Assembly: GCF_030684315.1 (NCBI RefSeq)
Contig: NC_081396.1
Span: 3,658,001-3,722,000, forward strand
DNA: 64,000 nucleotides
Origin: Stegostoma tigrinum
Lineage: Eukaryota
Direction: 5' to 3'
Shown here: positions 13,570-25,899 of the stretch, piece after piece
Layout of the letters: each line of letters starts with the position of its first letter
Position numbering within the stretch: position 1 is the first letter of the stretch
Program-made: the position numbers and the translations under genes
The notes under the pieces: generated by a model
What the model saw: only the letters and a program-made list of their open reading frames with translations
Database searches by the model: none
What the model was told of the DNA's origin: nothing

Positions 13570-15060
13570 GTTTGGCATGAATATGCCAAGTTTTTATTTT
13601 CAGATTTTGCTGACTCTCAGGTACAGCCAATATCCCTCAACAATTTTTCTTGTGTCATATTTACCATTTCCCTTTTCTGATATTCTTGTTTCATTTGCAA
13701 ACTTACCGACAACACATTGATTTTTCTCATGTAAGTCATTATCGTATCTTTCAATTATTTGTGCACCAAACACTGATTCCTGTGATGCTACCTTCGTCAG
13801 AAGTTGACATCCTGTGAAGTACAATTCTTCATCTAAATATATTTCTACTTTGAATTTGGCAATCCTCTGTCCACATTAATGTACTGCCTCCAAAGTCACG
13901 GGCTCCGAGCTGGTTAAGTTATCATACGTGTGGCACCGTATCTAATGTCTTCAGAGAATCTCAGCATCTTGCAAGTCCTGAACCCTCCTTCTTTTGGATT
14001 CTACGTTATCAAATATTTCTACGTTATTTATCAGGCAAAATTTCACTTTCATAAAACTATTTTCTGTCCTCTTGATTATGCTATGTAATATTGAAATGCA
14101 CTGTTGTTACTTTTTTCAGTAAATGAAGTTAAACAAAATGGCCTTCCTCACCCTTCATGTTATCTTCTTCTTTTTAAATAAAGGTGTTATCCAATCATCA
14201 GAGTCTTTTCTGAAATTTTATTACTGCTGTAAAATTAAACCCAGCATAACAAACGCTTCTGTCATTTTTTAAATCCTTGATTCGATCTCATTATTTGCAA
14301 TGCACTCATTCATATTTAGTTCAATGATTTAAGTGCTTCTTTTCCCCCAGTGAAACTTTCTTTGTTGTATTCCTCACCCTTATTTGGCCCTTCCATATTC
14401 AGTCATTTTGGAATTCTACTGTGAAGGCAGATGCACAGTATTTTTTCAAAATGTCTATTTCATTATTGTTCCGAAATATGCATTCTGCAGCTCCAATCAT
14501 GAGGGCGGTATGTTCACTTAGGCCCTTCTTTTCCTTTCTATATATTTTTGGAAGCGTTTGCTGTCTGTTTTAATATTATCTGCAATTTTAATTTCAATAT
14601 TTTCCTCCTCACGCCTCATTAATTTTTTGTTTGCCTTTTGATATTTCTTCAAACAATCTGAATACTCTCCTGACCGATCATAATGATGACATTTAATGTA
14701 ATGCCTCTTTATTCTTTTTTTGATCTCTTTAACTTCCCGCCTTAACCATAATAACTTGTTTCCTTCTGATAATCATTTCTTCTCACTGGGATATATCTTT
14801 GCTCTCAACCAGGAAATATTAAAATCTTAAAAGTATGCCATTGTTCTTCATACGACTTTGCTGCTAAACTCATTTGAAGTCCATTCCAGCAAGCGTGGCC
14901 CTCATTTCTTTGTAATTACACTTCTGTAAGCTTGTTTCCAACACAAGTTACTGTCTCCCCAACTGAAATGAAATTTTATTGTTCCAATCTAATCTTAGAG
15001 TCTGTCATTATTGACCAAATTTGCCTCTTTCTGCATTACTGGATCCAACGTGTCAAGTTA
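13570..15060 (-). mobile_element. Highly decayed CR1-type LINE
   Basis: KFANETRI (KFADDTK-like) and other RT remnants. Confidence 0.6.
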
Positions 15061-15129
15061 TCAGGTTGGATGCACTACATATTGTTTGAGGAATCTGTCC
15101 CACATATGGCCACAGTGGACAGGTCTCTG

Positions 15130-16060
15130 GCAGTGAGCCTGGATCTGCAAGACAGAAGTGAATGGGGTAGAATCGGATAGCAATTGTTGTGCGGAATTCA
15201 ATAGTAAGAGGCACAGAGAGGCAGCTCTGTGAACGCGAACGAGATGAATAGAAAGTATGTTGCCTCTTAGGTGCCAGGGCCTGTGACATCTTGGATTGCG
15301 TCACTCAAGTTTCTTAAGTGGGAAAGTGAGCAAACAGCAGTCATGGTGCACATCGTTGCCAATGACAAAGGTAGAAAAAAGGACTGAGAATGTGAAAAAT
15401 GAGTGCTGGGAGTAAGGTTGGAAGTTGAAGTCCGCAAAAAATTCGTGGACCTATCTCTGGATTACTACCAGTGCCACGTGATAACGAGGTAAGGAATAGG
15501 AAGAGTATGCATCTAAATAAGTGGTTACAGGGTTCATGTAGGAAGGAGGATTTCTATTATCTGAATAAGTGGATCATATTCTGGGGAAGGTGGGGCCTGT
15601 ACAGAAACGACGGGCTGGACCTGAACTGGAAGGGCACAAATATCCTGGGAGGGAGATTTGCTCAAGTTGTACGGGATGGTTTAACCTAGATTGGCGGGGA
15701 TGGGGAATGGGATATGTAATTCAGTGGACATGGTATTCAGCTTTCCAACAGACACAACAGGGAGTGAGTTTGTTAATAAAGATATACACTGGATGGAGCA
15801 AAAGTGCGGACACAGGTATGGTTTATGGTGTGCATACTTCAATGTTTGAAGTTTCAGAAATAAGGCGGATGAACTTAGAGCATGAGTCAGTACTCGAAAG
15901 TACGATGTTTTGGCCAATAGAGAAAGTTGGGTCACTCGGGGGCAGGAATAGTTTTTTGAAATTCTGGGATTCAGATGCGAAAAAAGAAATAGGGAGGCTG
16001 GTAAGAGAGGCAGAGGAATGGCATTGTTAGTTTGGGCTGATATAGTAGCTGCTGAATGGC
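15130..16060 (+). mobile_element. CR1 LINE 5' part: ORF1 SGNH-esterase remnant and start of ORF2
   Basis: Remnants NSIVRG, CCLLGAR, VHIVAND, DGLDLNWKG match the GDS/GA/GTND/DGLHLN esterase blocks known from CR1 ORF1. Confidence 0.75.
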
Positions 16061-16094
16061 ACTTGGAGAATGATACGTCTACAGAAAGAGAGAT

Positions 16095-16195
16095 AACGGG
16101 AATTGCAGATGCTGAAAAGTCCGAGATAACAAAATGTGGAGCTGGACGAACACAGCAGGCCAAGCAGCATCTTAGGAGCACAAAAGCTGACTTTT
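16095..16195 (-). mobile_element. Penelope-like terminal-repeat fragment
   Basis: gcagatgctg..gagataacaaaatgtggagctgga..cacagcaggccaagcagcatcttaggagcacaaaagctgac, the family repeated across the window. Confidence 0.7.
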
Positions 16196-16876
16196 TGCGC
16201 ACTCATCATTCAGCCTGTGGATTAAGCCTTCAGACATATTGAGTGAAAGGTGGGCTTACATTAATGGGTGGCAAGTTATTGAAGCATTAACCTAAATGAC
16301 TGCATGAAACAAAATCAGATATCAGTACAAAGCTTTACAAACTTGGGAAGATATATCATTACTGATGACCCTTGAAGAAAGAATTAAGCAAATTCAAGGT
16401 TTGTGCATATTCATTGAAGGTTTATTTACCGTTTCAGACAGCTTTTGTACCGAAAAGTTCATGTCAAAATCACCAAAAATGAACATAACGACTCGATGCC
16501 ACATGGAGATGATAATGCATGAGCTCTGAGCTCTGAATTTTACGCTCATCGGTAACAGTAACCAGAGGGGAAAAAAAAAAGAAATGGGTTCAACGAAAAG
16601 GACAGGGAACAATTCTGAATTAGGAATAACAAGAACAAGAGCACAAATTGTCTTCAAACAATTGGGAAGCAACAAAATTTTGCAACAATAATTATCTTGA
16701 CGATATCAAACAAGGTAATTTGGAAAATTCATTGAATAGTTTCTGAGTTACAAACTCTTAAACTGAATTGATCTCACTGCTAGTGTCAACAAAAGGACAG
16801 ATGGTATATTTGGATCTCAGTGGCCTCGACACACATAAAATTTCTTCCACGAAGTTCTATGACGTGGAAAATTCAT

Positions 16877-16885
16877 TCACTTGAC
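16877..16885 (-). CDS. IGHM: IgM TM2 exon coding part (VK*)
   Basis: TTTTTCAG|GTC AAG TGA gives the canonical KVK cytoplasmic tail; identical in the paralog. Confidence 0.9.
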   Translation of the reverse strand, partial: VK

Positions 16886-17024
16886 CTGAAAAAGAGTGAT
16901 TGGGGAATGATTTAGATATCGATGGTCAGGGCATTCAGGTGTTAATTTTAATTCAATGACACACTTGGAGATTTCACAAGCCACAATGGTCTGTTTGAAG
17001 GGTGAATGATTTCATTATTCTCAC

Positions 17025-17152
17025 CTTCACCAGCGTGACAGCAGCACTATAGAAAATGCTCAGGAAGAACAAGGTGATGAATGCAGAAGCTGTTGCCCAG
17101 ATGTTGCCGTTATCATCCTCAAAATCTTCAATCCAATTATGATCTATCGAAT
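17025..17152 (-). CDS. IGHM: IgM TM1 exon (DSIDHNWIEDFEDDNGNIWATASAFITLFFLSIFYSAAVTLVK)
   Basis: Manual translation; acidic spacer plus CART-type TM motif (W.T..F..LF.LS.FYS..VT); CATAG| acceptor, AAG|GTGAG donor. Confidence 0.95.
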
Positions 17153-18858
17153 CTATGAATATAAAGCCGAGACAATGGATTTAGATTGTCCATTGGTCCA
17201 AATGACAAATCTTTATCTAAATAATGTCATCAGGTACCATTACAATTTTTAAAAGCTGACAGGTTGTTCTCAAATTTGTTTCTTGATTTTTGTCTCTTAT
17301 TGAGTTAATTACTCTCAGGAATAACTTGCTAATACTAATTTCACATGTTCTTCCTTTGTTATCCATGTCTGAACATTCCGAAGCAGTTCATCATTTAAAA
17401 TGTTCTTGGAGAGTAGGATCATTGTTATCATTCCAGGTGTATTGATTGGGAATGACTGTAGTAATTCGCTCATTATATTTTCCAAACAGGCTGTGGCAGC
17501 TGTTAAAGTTGAATATTGTGGTCATCATTGGAGAAGAGTGCAAATGTGATTACTCATCTTCTTTATTTATATGCATTCAATTGCTTGAAAAATCATGACC
17601 AAAATTTGGATTCAGAGTAAGATCTGTTGTTTTTTTTATTTTTGTGAACCTTTCCTATGTTTTTGCTTTATTGTTTGGGTATGTGGTTATGAGTGTCTCT
17701 TCCTTCACAGTTTTTCACGTTGAAGCTTATGCAAAACTGAACATGTTCATGTCGCCTTGGTGCTGATGTGTTCATTCACATCTTTGTGCATGTGTAGGTA
17801 AATTGTGTTCAGTCCAGAAGTGTAAGCCACAATATCTTAAGATGCCACTTCATTCTTTGATACCGATCTTTACTTTTTATTGACTTTGTGATTTTTATGT
17901 TGTGTCGTGCTAATGAAAATGTGTGTTAAAATATCGATATCAGAATCTACCAGACTTAGATTATTTTCATGATTGTACTCCATTAATGTGTTCTGTTAGT
18001 AGGAACCGTCATGTTTTGATTGATGTGTATATTTATGTGATAACGTGATTTCTTTGGCAATGCATCCTCAAACATCTCCCTGATGCGATTTCTTGTGCGA
18101 ATGCATGTGAATGTTCACTGGTGTTGTGCCATTCCCGTTTTGTTGCCAATATCCCACTGTGTGTTGATCTTTGCACTTCTAAGTCGGCATTTGAGTCTCG
18201 TAAATTGTGTGTACGCGTGGCCGTGTTTATGTGCTGATCAAATAGTTTAAAATTACGTAACTGAGCTGCATCTTTCTTCATATGACTATTCTTTCCGCAA
18301 GTGAGGTAATAATGAGTTTAAAATTTATGTTGCTCTCATATATGTCTGTTTGAGTGCACCTGTGGAAGGATACATCTGGGATATTGTATGTGTGTTTATA
18401 AATGCATGTCCGTACGTATTATGGTGTGTGAATGGACATGCATTCATGAGCATTTGTGTGCTGAGGTGTGTCTCCGTTTTTCATGATTATGTGCAGTTAC
18501 CACTGTTTATTTGGGTGTGTTCCTTCTATGCACTGGCCTTTGGTCTTTTTTTGTGAGAAAATACACGACAGCTAATATATCATATGCAAGTGTGCCTGCC
18601 TGCGTGTATCCATCCGTGACAGCTTATCTGTATGTGCATTTCTGTTCGCACATATGTTTGTCCCTTCAAGTTAGACCTTGTATATGTGTGTATTTAGACC
18701 GCTTGTGAATGTTTGTCTGTATATGTGTTTGTTTAAGGTCCGAAAAAAGACTGTTATTTTTTCATTGTTGAGCTATTTTAATCGATTACCATTGATTACA
18801 TCTGATCCAGATGGTGTGGGGAATATTTCTCGCCGTTATGGGGAGATAAGCACTTTGT

Positions 18859-19179
18859 TAGGGACTTTTGAGATGATTTATAGCTCAGGGTTTGGGTGGA
18901 CGTTTGCTCGCTGAGCTGGAAGTTTCGTTTTCACATGTTTCGTCACCATTCTAGGGAACATCATCAGTGAGCCTTCGCTGAAGCGCAGGGGTTATGCCCT
19001 GCTATCTGTGTATGTGTTATGTTTCCTTGGACATCACCAACCCAAGGAAACCCAGACACATAAATAGAAAGCGGGACATAACACCAGCGCTTCACTGGAG
19101 GCTCACGGTTGATGCTACCTAGAATGGTGACGAAACGTCTGAAAACGAACCTTCTAGCTCAGCGAGGAAACTTGCATCC
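18859..19179. mobile_element. Penelope-like inverted terminal-repeat insertion with 13-bp TSD and two decayed minimal hammerhead motifs
   Basis: TSD ATAAGCACTTTGT at 18846-58 and 19180-92; empty site in the paralog at ~3294; arms 18893-19030 and 19042-19180. Confidence 0.85.
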
Positions 19180-20143
19180 ATAAGCACTTTGTGATTGATG
19201 CAGGTATGTTGGATATAAAATATGTACAAGGCATGTGAAAGAAAGTGACATTCGGTGTTTGTATCCCAGAACTGAGTCCAAGGGTTACAGGATTTTGATT
19301 CAAAAGTCTGGGAAATATTTGGAATAATGCCAGTTTGGCTTTGAATGATGCAGAACTAATTTTAACAAATGATTAATGGTTCAAGCGTGTCCAACAGGCT
19401 TCAAAGGAAGTATGTTGCGTGGAAAATTTAAATCATTGGTTGTAAGGAAGAAGCTGATTGTTCCTGTCAGCTGCAAAATCACATTGCAGAGGGCGTACAA
19501 CGTGAAAACTCGGCAAGGGGATTGAGCAGATAGTCCGTTAATTGTTGTACTCTCTTTTCCCTCAGCTTGACAAGAAAAAAAATTCTTCCTGTCATATTTC
19601 ACGTGAAAGTGAAGATACATTGTGTCGACTGATGCACTGTTGCGAGATCCCTGACAGTCCCCAGATAAAAATAGGATAAATTCAAATCATTCTGAACACT
19701 ACATGCTTTTTGCCCAAAGCAGTACTATCTTGTTGGACTGTTCCAATAGAGAATACGTTTAAATGTCTCTAACGTTTATTTTCTCAGGTAGTGCAACGGA
19801 GCAGTTTAAAGCTGGAATGAAATTTATAGACAGGGGCCATTGAGGAATATGGGAAACAAAAATCATAATTCGTGATGTTCATTTGCGATGAATTGGGCAT
19901 TGCCAAATTTTGTCAAAGTGTGATTTAGGTTGGATTAGGTACTTTGCAGAATCCTGCGATTAGTGAACTTCATTCTGTCACTGAACAGGGCCGATCTGAG
20001 CAAGGACCATTAACTGTGCAAGCAAAGGTTATGGACGTGCTAACTGCCGACATCGACTGGCAGGACAAAATACTTTTAAAAGTGGGAAACACAATCAATT
20101 AAACTGTTGTCAATTTACATCACAATTGGAGGAAAAAAAATGG

Positions 20144-20158
20144 TTTATTAATTTTATT
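20144..20158 (-). terminator. Secretory polyadenylation signals (two AATAAA)
   Basis: TTTATT on + at 20153-58 and 20144-49, ~30-40 nt after the secretory stop; one is conserved in the paralog at ~4352. Confidence 0.75.
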
Positions 20159-20185
20159 GAATTCGTAAGTGTAACCTTGAGATTT

Positions 20186-20577
20186 TCATTGGCATGAATT
20201 AATGGTGTCCATGAGTGCAAGCGAAATATTCACAAAACTCGGTTTACCGCTGGATTTATCAACTGTTCTGTTGATGATCTTCAATGGAATCGCTTCATGT
20301 CCCACCACACAGGAGTAAGAAGCACCGCTGGCCCACTCCTCCGCAGCAATGGATAATAGGCTGTACAAGAAGAAGGAGGTGTTATCGCTCTCTGCCGTCA
20401 CCTCGGTGTTCTTATAGTTAGTGGGATTAACTGGCTTGTCGTTGGTTGTCCACTTGACAAAGATCTCTCGGGGCCTGAAACCTCTCACTAAACAGGTGAG
20501 CGAAACAAACTTCTGTGCGGAGACGTCTTCTGTCGTTGGCAGGAGGACAGAAACCGATGGCTCCAACGGATTTATCA
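20186..20577 (-). CDS. IGHM: Cmu4 exon plus secretory tailpiece ([20 protein letters not shown])
   Basis: ORF 20186..20629; TGCAG| acceptor; internal donor AGCG|GTAAA at 20248 for the membrane form; tailpiece has an N-glycosylation sequon and penultimate Cys. Confidence 0.96.
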
Positions 20578-21029
20578 CTGCAGAATATTTGAAACAAATA
20601 TAAATTACTTTTAAAAGTTCAAGAAGCAATATTGGAATTTCACCGAATATTCAAATATTCCATGTTTACGTTGGGATTTATTCTTTTTAATTTTTTAAAG
20701 AAACAGAATGGTATTCATTCTATTCATTAAAAAAAACGTTTAGTTCAATAGTGGCCTCCATGTTATCAGCCCAGAAATCGGACATTTCGTCCATTTGTCG
20801 TCACTGGTGTTTACATAACCAAACTCGAGGTCTCCTAACAATTTGTTTGACTTATCACAACAGAACATCCTTGAGTTCAATTTGTTTTTATCAGTTACTT
20901 AGCTTTCTTAGCAGGAAATGATCTTTAATCCTCCCAGTGGTGTTACTTCATCAAAAATCAAAGCATTGTAATAATTAAAGGGGCCTAAACTACAGATGGC
21001 ATATTTTGTGCATTCATTTCTTCACTCAC

Positions 21030-21335
21030 ATTTCTCCTTGTGGATAGAGTGTCTCAGTGGAGTTGGAAGATACTGATTGTTCACCACGCATTCAAATGTA
21101 TCCCCACTCAGCCAGGCTTCAGTAGAAATATCTAACTTGCTGATCACTCCTTCCGACTGCTCTCCGGACTGGTCAACAATCTCTGATTTCAGAGTCTTCT
21201 TGTCGTGCCTCCAGGTGAAGTTGGCTTCAAAATGAAGGTTGTACACAATGCAGGTTAACGTCACCGTCGCCTCCAGTAAGACCTGTTCGACTGGTGGCGG
21301 TAGTATTTTAGCTGTGTAATCATGGCACTCTGAAA
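21030..21335 (-). CDS. IGHM: Cmu3 exon
   Basis: ..KILPPPVEQVLLEATVTLTCIV..FTW..FECVVNNQYLPTPL; TGTAG| acceptor (an alternative in-frame AG lies 6 nt further on), T|GTGAG donor. Confidence 0.94.
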
Positions 21336-22569
21336 CTACATTGGAACAGAAGTCAGAATCAATGAAAAAATGCCGCTTGAGAAAGAAAACACCAGTATTC
21401 AGTCCATTGACTCACAGTTTGAAGAAACCACCTTCGAGAGGGAAACTTCGAACTATTCCTGCAATGATACTTACTTTTGTTCATATATTTTGATTTGTGA
21501 AAACATTGTTGATTACCTTTGAAATGCCCTGTGTAATTACTACCAAAGAAAACTAGCTTTGCAACAAATGAATCCTGTGTAAATAAATAAAATCATCACC
21601 TGTACCACGATTTAACCCATGGACGAATTTCCTTTCAGATTTCTTGTCTCACTTCAGGGCAACTTTTGATACTTTTGGGAAAACTAATCTCCAATCAAAA
21701 TAATGAATTCATTTTTTCTTTCATGAGGCATGTGTGGAAATGCTGCTGGTCATGGTGAGTGCCAAATCAATTACCAATTTTCGCAAACCTGTAATCTAAC
21801 GAGTTAGTTTCTTATTCCTCGTGTAATTATGGACATTTTCCGATGTTACAGGAGTATTGAGCTTTCGCGGAAATTCTATTCAATGTAATTTAACGTAATG
21901 GAAATTAAGTTGCATTGTTGATGTGAGATCGTTCTCAAAATTAGCTCGTGAAATATTATTCCTCGTGTGCCGAATTTTCAGTCGACATTAAAAAGAGACA
22001 AAGAATACAGCCTTCGAAATAGAGTAGGACACTCGTCCACTCAAGACCTCCCTCCACTACGCCCTCTTCAGCGAGGCATTGATTGGGCCTACATTCACTT
22101 TATTAAGGGAACAACAATCTTAAATTTCTTCACAGAAAAAAAATCAAGTCGGGAGAGTTTAACATTGATGTGTAAACTCACCTGATATTTGCAGTGAAAA
22201 TTTTCAACCTTCCACCACTCATTGCCTCAACATATCCATCCTGAAACAAGGCTGAAATACATTGGTTCTCATGCTGAGTCCATTCATTCCATTTGCGGCA
22301 TTCCCAACAGTACTAATTGTCCTGTCATTTCCACTAATTACAGGAAACGCCTAAAACATGCTCGATAAGATCAAGTTTATAACTGCTAATCAAATTGTAT
22401 TCTCAATTGGTCACTGTTTTAGTGCCATGATGAATGTTAATGAACCCTGTAACATGTTAAAAAAATCAAGCAAATGCTCCAGGTCAACAGGCAATTCCTA
22501 ATCTTGGAACGAAATATTGAACACAATTTGTTTTATTTTCAAATAATAGCCACTTCACGCCTTACCATG

Positions 22570-22900
22570 TCATCTTCTGACTACAAACCAAAAGATATCC
22601 GACCATAAACAGAAGATTCAGTCAGTCCAGCCTCCTCTGCCATTCGATCATGACTAATATGTTTCTCAAATGCATTCTCCCGCCTTCTCCCAGTACGAAG
22701 CACCAGCCAATGGAGCTCTATGTTAAATATTCTCAATGACGTGACCTCCACAGCCCTCTGGCGCAGTGAGATCCACTGAATAGTCACTCTGTGGCTAAAG
22801 ATATTCTTCTTTGGTCCAGTTCTATATGGTCATCCCTTTGACTTTGAGGCTGTGTCATCAGGCCCTTGTCAAACTTTTAGTGAAAACATTTTCTCCACAC
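22570..22900 (-). mobile_element. CR1-type LINE 3' end
   Basis: Typical 3' sequence (ccattcgatcatgact..cacagccctctggcgcagtgag). Confidence 0.6.
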
Positions 22901-23276
22901 CAAACCTATCTCAGTTTCTCAGTGCTTTCTAAATTTCACCGAGGTCTCTTCTCGAGGGCTCCTCTCCCCACAATTCCTTTATCCTTGAACCCATAACCAG
23001 CAGTGGATTCTGTATTCACACTACCTCTCCAAGTATTGTCAAACGACAAATGAATCCAATTGACGATCATGTGTCATCAAAATAGTGGAAAGCATGTTTC
23101 TCTGATTTGAATTATGAGCAATGGTGATGGAAAACTCACAATGAAATGAGACACACCCTGCATGATCTCAGATTAGAACCTGTCCCATGCTGTTTACTCA
23201 GCTTGATATAGTAAGTGTATTGGATTTGCATCAGTGATCAGAATTAGGATTCTTTCTGTAGTAATGCATCTCTTAC

Positions 23277-23585
23277 CCTGTGGTCCAGTGATGTTTTGAC
23301 GTTGAATAAGCCCTTCATGATCGACCTGACATGTATAGACTGCTCTGTTGAACCATTCACTATAAGGGACTCTCAGCTGACTGGTCGTTGAGAAGTTTCC
23401 ATTTGTTTCACACACGGCAGAAGTGAAGATACCAGATTTTACCTCCCCTCCATTCTTCAACCAAGTCACGGAGATTTTCTTTGGATTGAAGTCAAAGACT
23501 GAACAGACGATGGTTGCAACTTTTCTGTGCTCGATTTCTTCACTGGAACTCACAGTTACGAGAATAGTTGGATGGGCATTACCAC
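23277..23585 (-). CDS. IGHM: Cmu2 exon
   Basis: C1-set Ig domain (ATIVCSVFDFNPKKISVTWLKNG..YTCQVDH); TTTTCTCAAG| acceptor, G|GTAAG donor, 309 nt. Confidence 0.95.
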
Positions 23586-24189
23586 CTTGAGAAAACAGAT
23601 CGTGTAAATTATCTGATTTGAGAACAAATAATGCCAGTTCTTCTCTTTCAATGCTCATTGCCGTTAGTAGATACTTGAGGAAACATTACAAGGATACTAT
23701 TTATGCAGAATACTGCAAAAGGTGTCATTCAGGCAGAAAGATCAGCAGGTTGCTATCAAGGCCTAAAATTGGAAGAAACAACAAGTGCTAAATGTGGTGC
23801 AGAAATTATACATCAATCAAATCAATGAAAGAATTCCAACGAGTTGAAGAGATAAATGAGGAAATTAAGCAGTTGACATCACAGAGATATGTTGACAGAG
23901 GGGAACGGCACATTATTACTGGAGATACAGCCTTCAGGTGAGTCACGCAAAGTTATGAAACACAGGTGGGAGGTGGAGGAGGTGATGGTTTCTGTCGTAA
24001 TATCGAGCAGCATGCATTCCGTAGTAATGAGGAACGAAATCGTAGACACCTCCTCAAATGAAGGCATATGAAAATGACTTAAAAACCAAAATAAAGCAAG
24101 AAGCCTGCGAGGAGAGCAAGAAAGGCTCCTTGACAGGCCCGAGAGATATGAATGCAGATAGATCAGCAAATTGTCAGACAAGTATACAT

Positions 24190-25830
24190 AAATAGGCCAA
24201 TGATTGTAAAGATATCAACTTCCCCAATGTAGGCTGGTCTTTCATCGTTTCAAGTGTCCAGAAGGAACAGATTTGTGGAATTGAGCTTTTGAAAATAGTG
24301 CGTTGGAGGCTTTGCAAGCAAGGCTGAACCTGGACTTAACTGAAGGTAATGAGGCTGAAAAAGTGCTGAATATACCAAGGGAGAAGCATTTTGCAGAGAT
24401 TGATCACAAATTCATTGGATTCAATATTGTTCTGCGAAGTGAGAGTAATAGGCCCGAACCCAAATTATGAAACAGGTGATGGTCAAACTTGTAATGATCA
24501 CCTACGATTTGACCAGAGTGAACTGAGAACGGACATTTAAAAGTAAATGTGAGTTGGAGCAGGAGGGTGCATTCAAGTAGGAAGTGCAAAGACTAAAAGG
24601 CTAACATGTATCAACAAAGAAAGGACATGTGATGAAAAATGAAGTGAGTCCTGGACATCCAAAGCCATACTGGGTTATCTCAAGACATTCATTAAAAGCT
24701 TATAGCATGCGTCGAATGTTCAAAACAGTGGAAGCTCTCAAGACGTACAGAATATACAAGGCCAAGTTTGAGAAGAGAAATTCAGACAGAAACACAAAAC
24801 ATAAAATTCTATTGGCACAATATTGGAAAATATGTTTAATAAAAAAAGAGCTGAGGTACAAGTTGATAAATGACAGAAGGATAACAATGGAATCAATAGG
24901 GCTCATTAAATGCAAGAGAAGTATTATTTGCCTGGATTAACAGCGCGTCGGTTCTATTATAAATGAATACATTGTGTCGCAGCTCACGATTAAAGTGAAG
25001 TTACGGGTGTCGAAATCATGGAGAATAATTGTGATATGTTTTAGGAAATCTGCATTAGATGAGTGGATGTTCTGTGTTGTCTTACGGTTCGGATGAAATG
25101 TACCCAGGGCTGTTGACAGAAGAAAAGGAGGAAATGGTTGAGGTGATGGCAATAATTTTAAAGTCATTTTTGGCCTCAGGGGATCTCCCAAATGGCTGCG
25201 GGTCAGTCAAAGTGTTATCACGGAGCAAAAGGGGGCAAAATGTAAACCACAGAGTTGGGGGCAGTCAAACGCGGCACAGGCGCAGGAAAAATGTTGGAAG
25301 CAATTCCAATAAACACAAATAATCTTCATTTGGAACAGTTTAATTAAAAGAAAAACTTGGCAAATTTTATTGAGTTGTAGTCATATCGAACAAACATGTG
25401 GGAATTTTTCAAAGACTGACAATGTGGGGGGATGATAGCAAAACTAAGAGGCAATGGGATCTGAGGAAATTTGATTGCATCCAGAACTGGCTGAGTGTCA
25501 GGAATTGGAAGGTGATGGTCGTGAAGTGTTTTTGTGACTGGAGGTCGATGCCTCGTGGTGGCCCGTGGGTTTCAGCATAAATTTTGTTGCTGCTTGTGAT
25601 GTCTACCAACAATTTGGGCTTTAATTTTGAAGATTTGACCAGACGTTTCGCAGATGGAATGAAAAGTTTTGAGCGGTAAGTATTGACCTCAAAAATTGCG
25701 CAGCATAGGAGATTTGAAAAAGAAAAGGGTAACTCGATGGGCTGATCATGACAAATAGACATCCTTCTGGGAAAGTGTGAGGTGATGCATGCATGCTGGT
25801 AAAAAAGTAAGGTTTGACATTGCAAGTAGT
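24190..25830 (+). mobile_element. Decayed CR1-type LINE ORF2
   Basis: Endonuclease and RT remnants (CIQNWLS, FADG, KCEVMH). Confidence 0.7.
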
Positions 25831-25899
25831 GGAATCCTGAGATGCGCGAGATTTCTGCATGCCTACCTCTTGCTTATCACTCAGGGACTTGCCAAAAAG

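Noticed and set aside
16421-16426. AATAAA as the membrane-form poly(A) signal
   Set aside because: Plausible position (~450 nt after the stop) but not conserved in the paralog and unsupported without transcript data.
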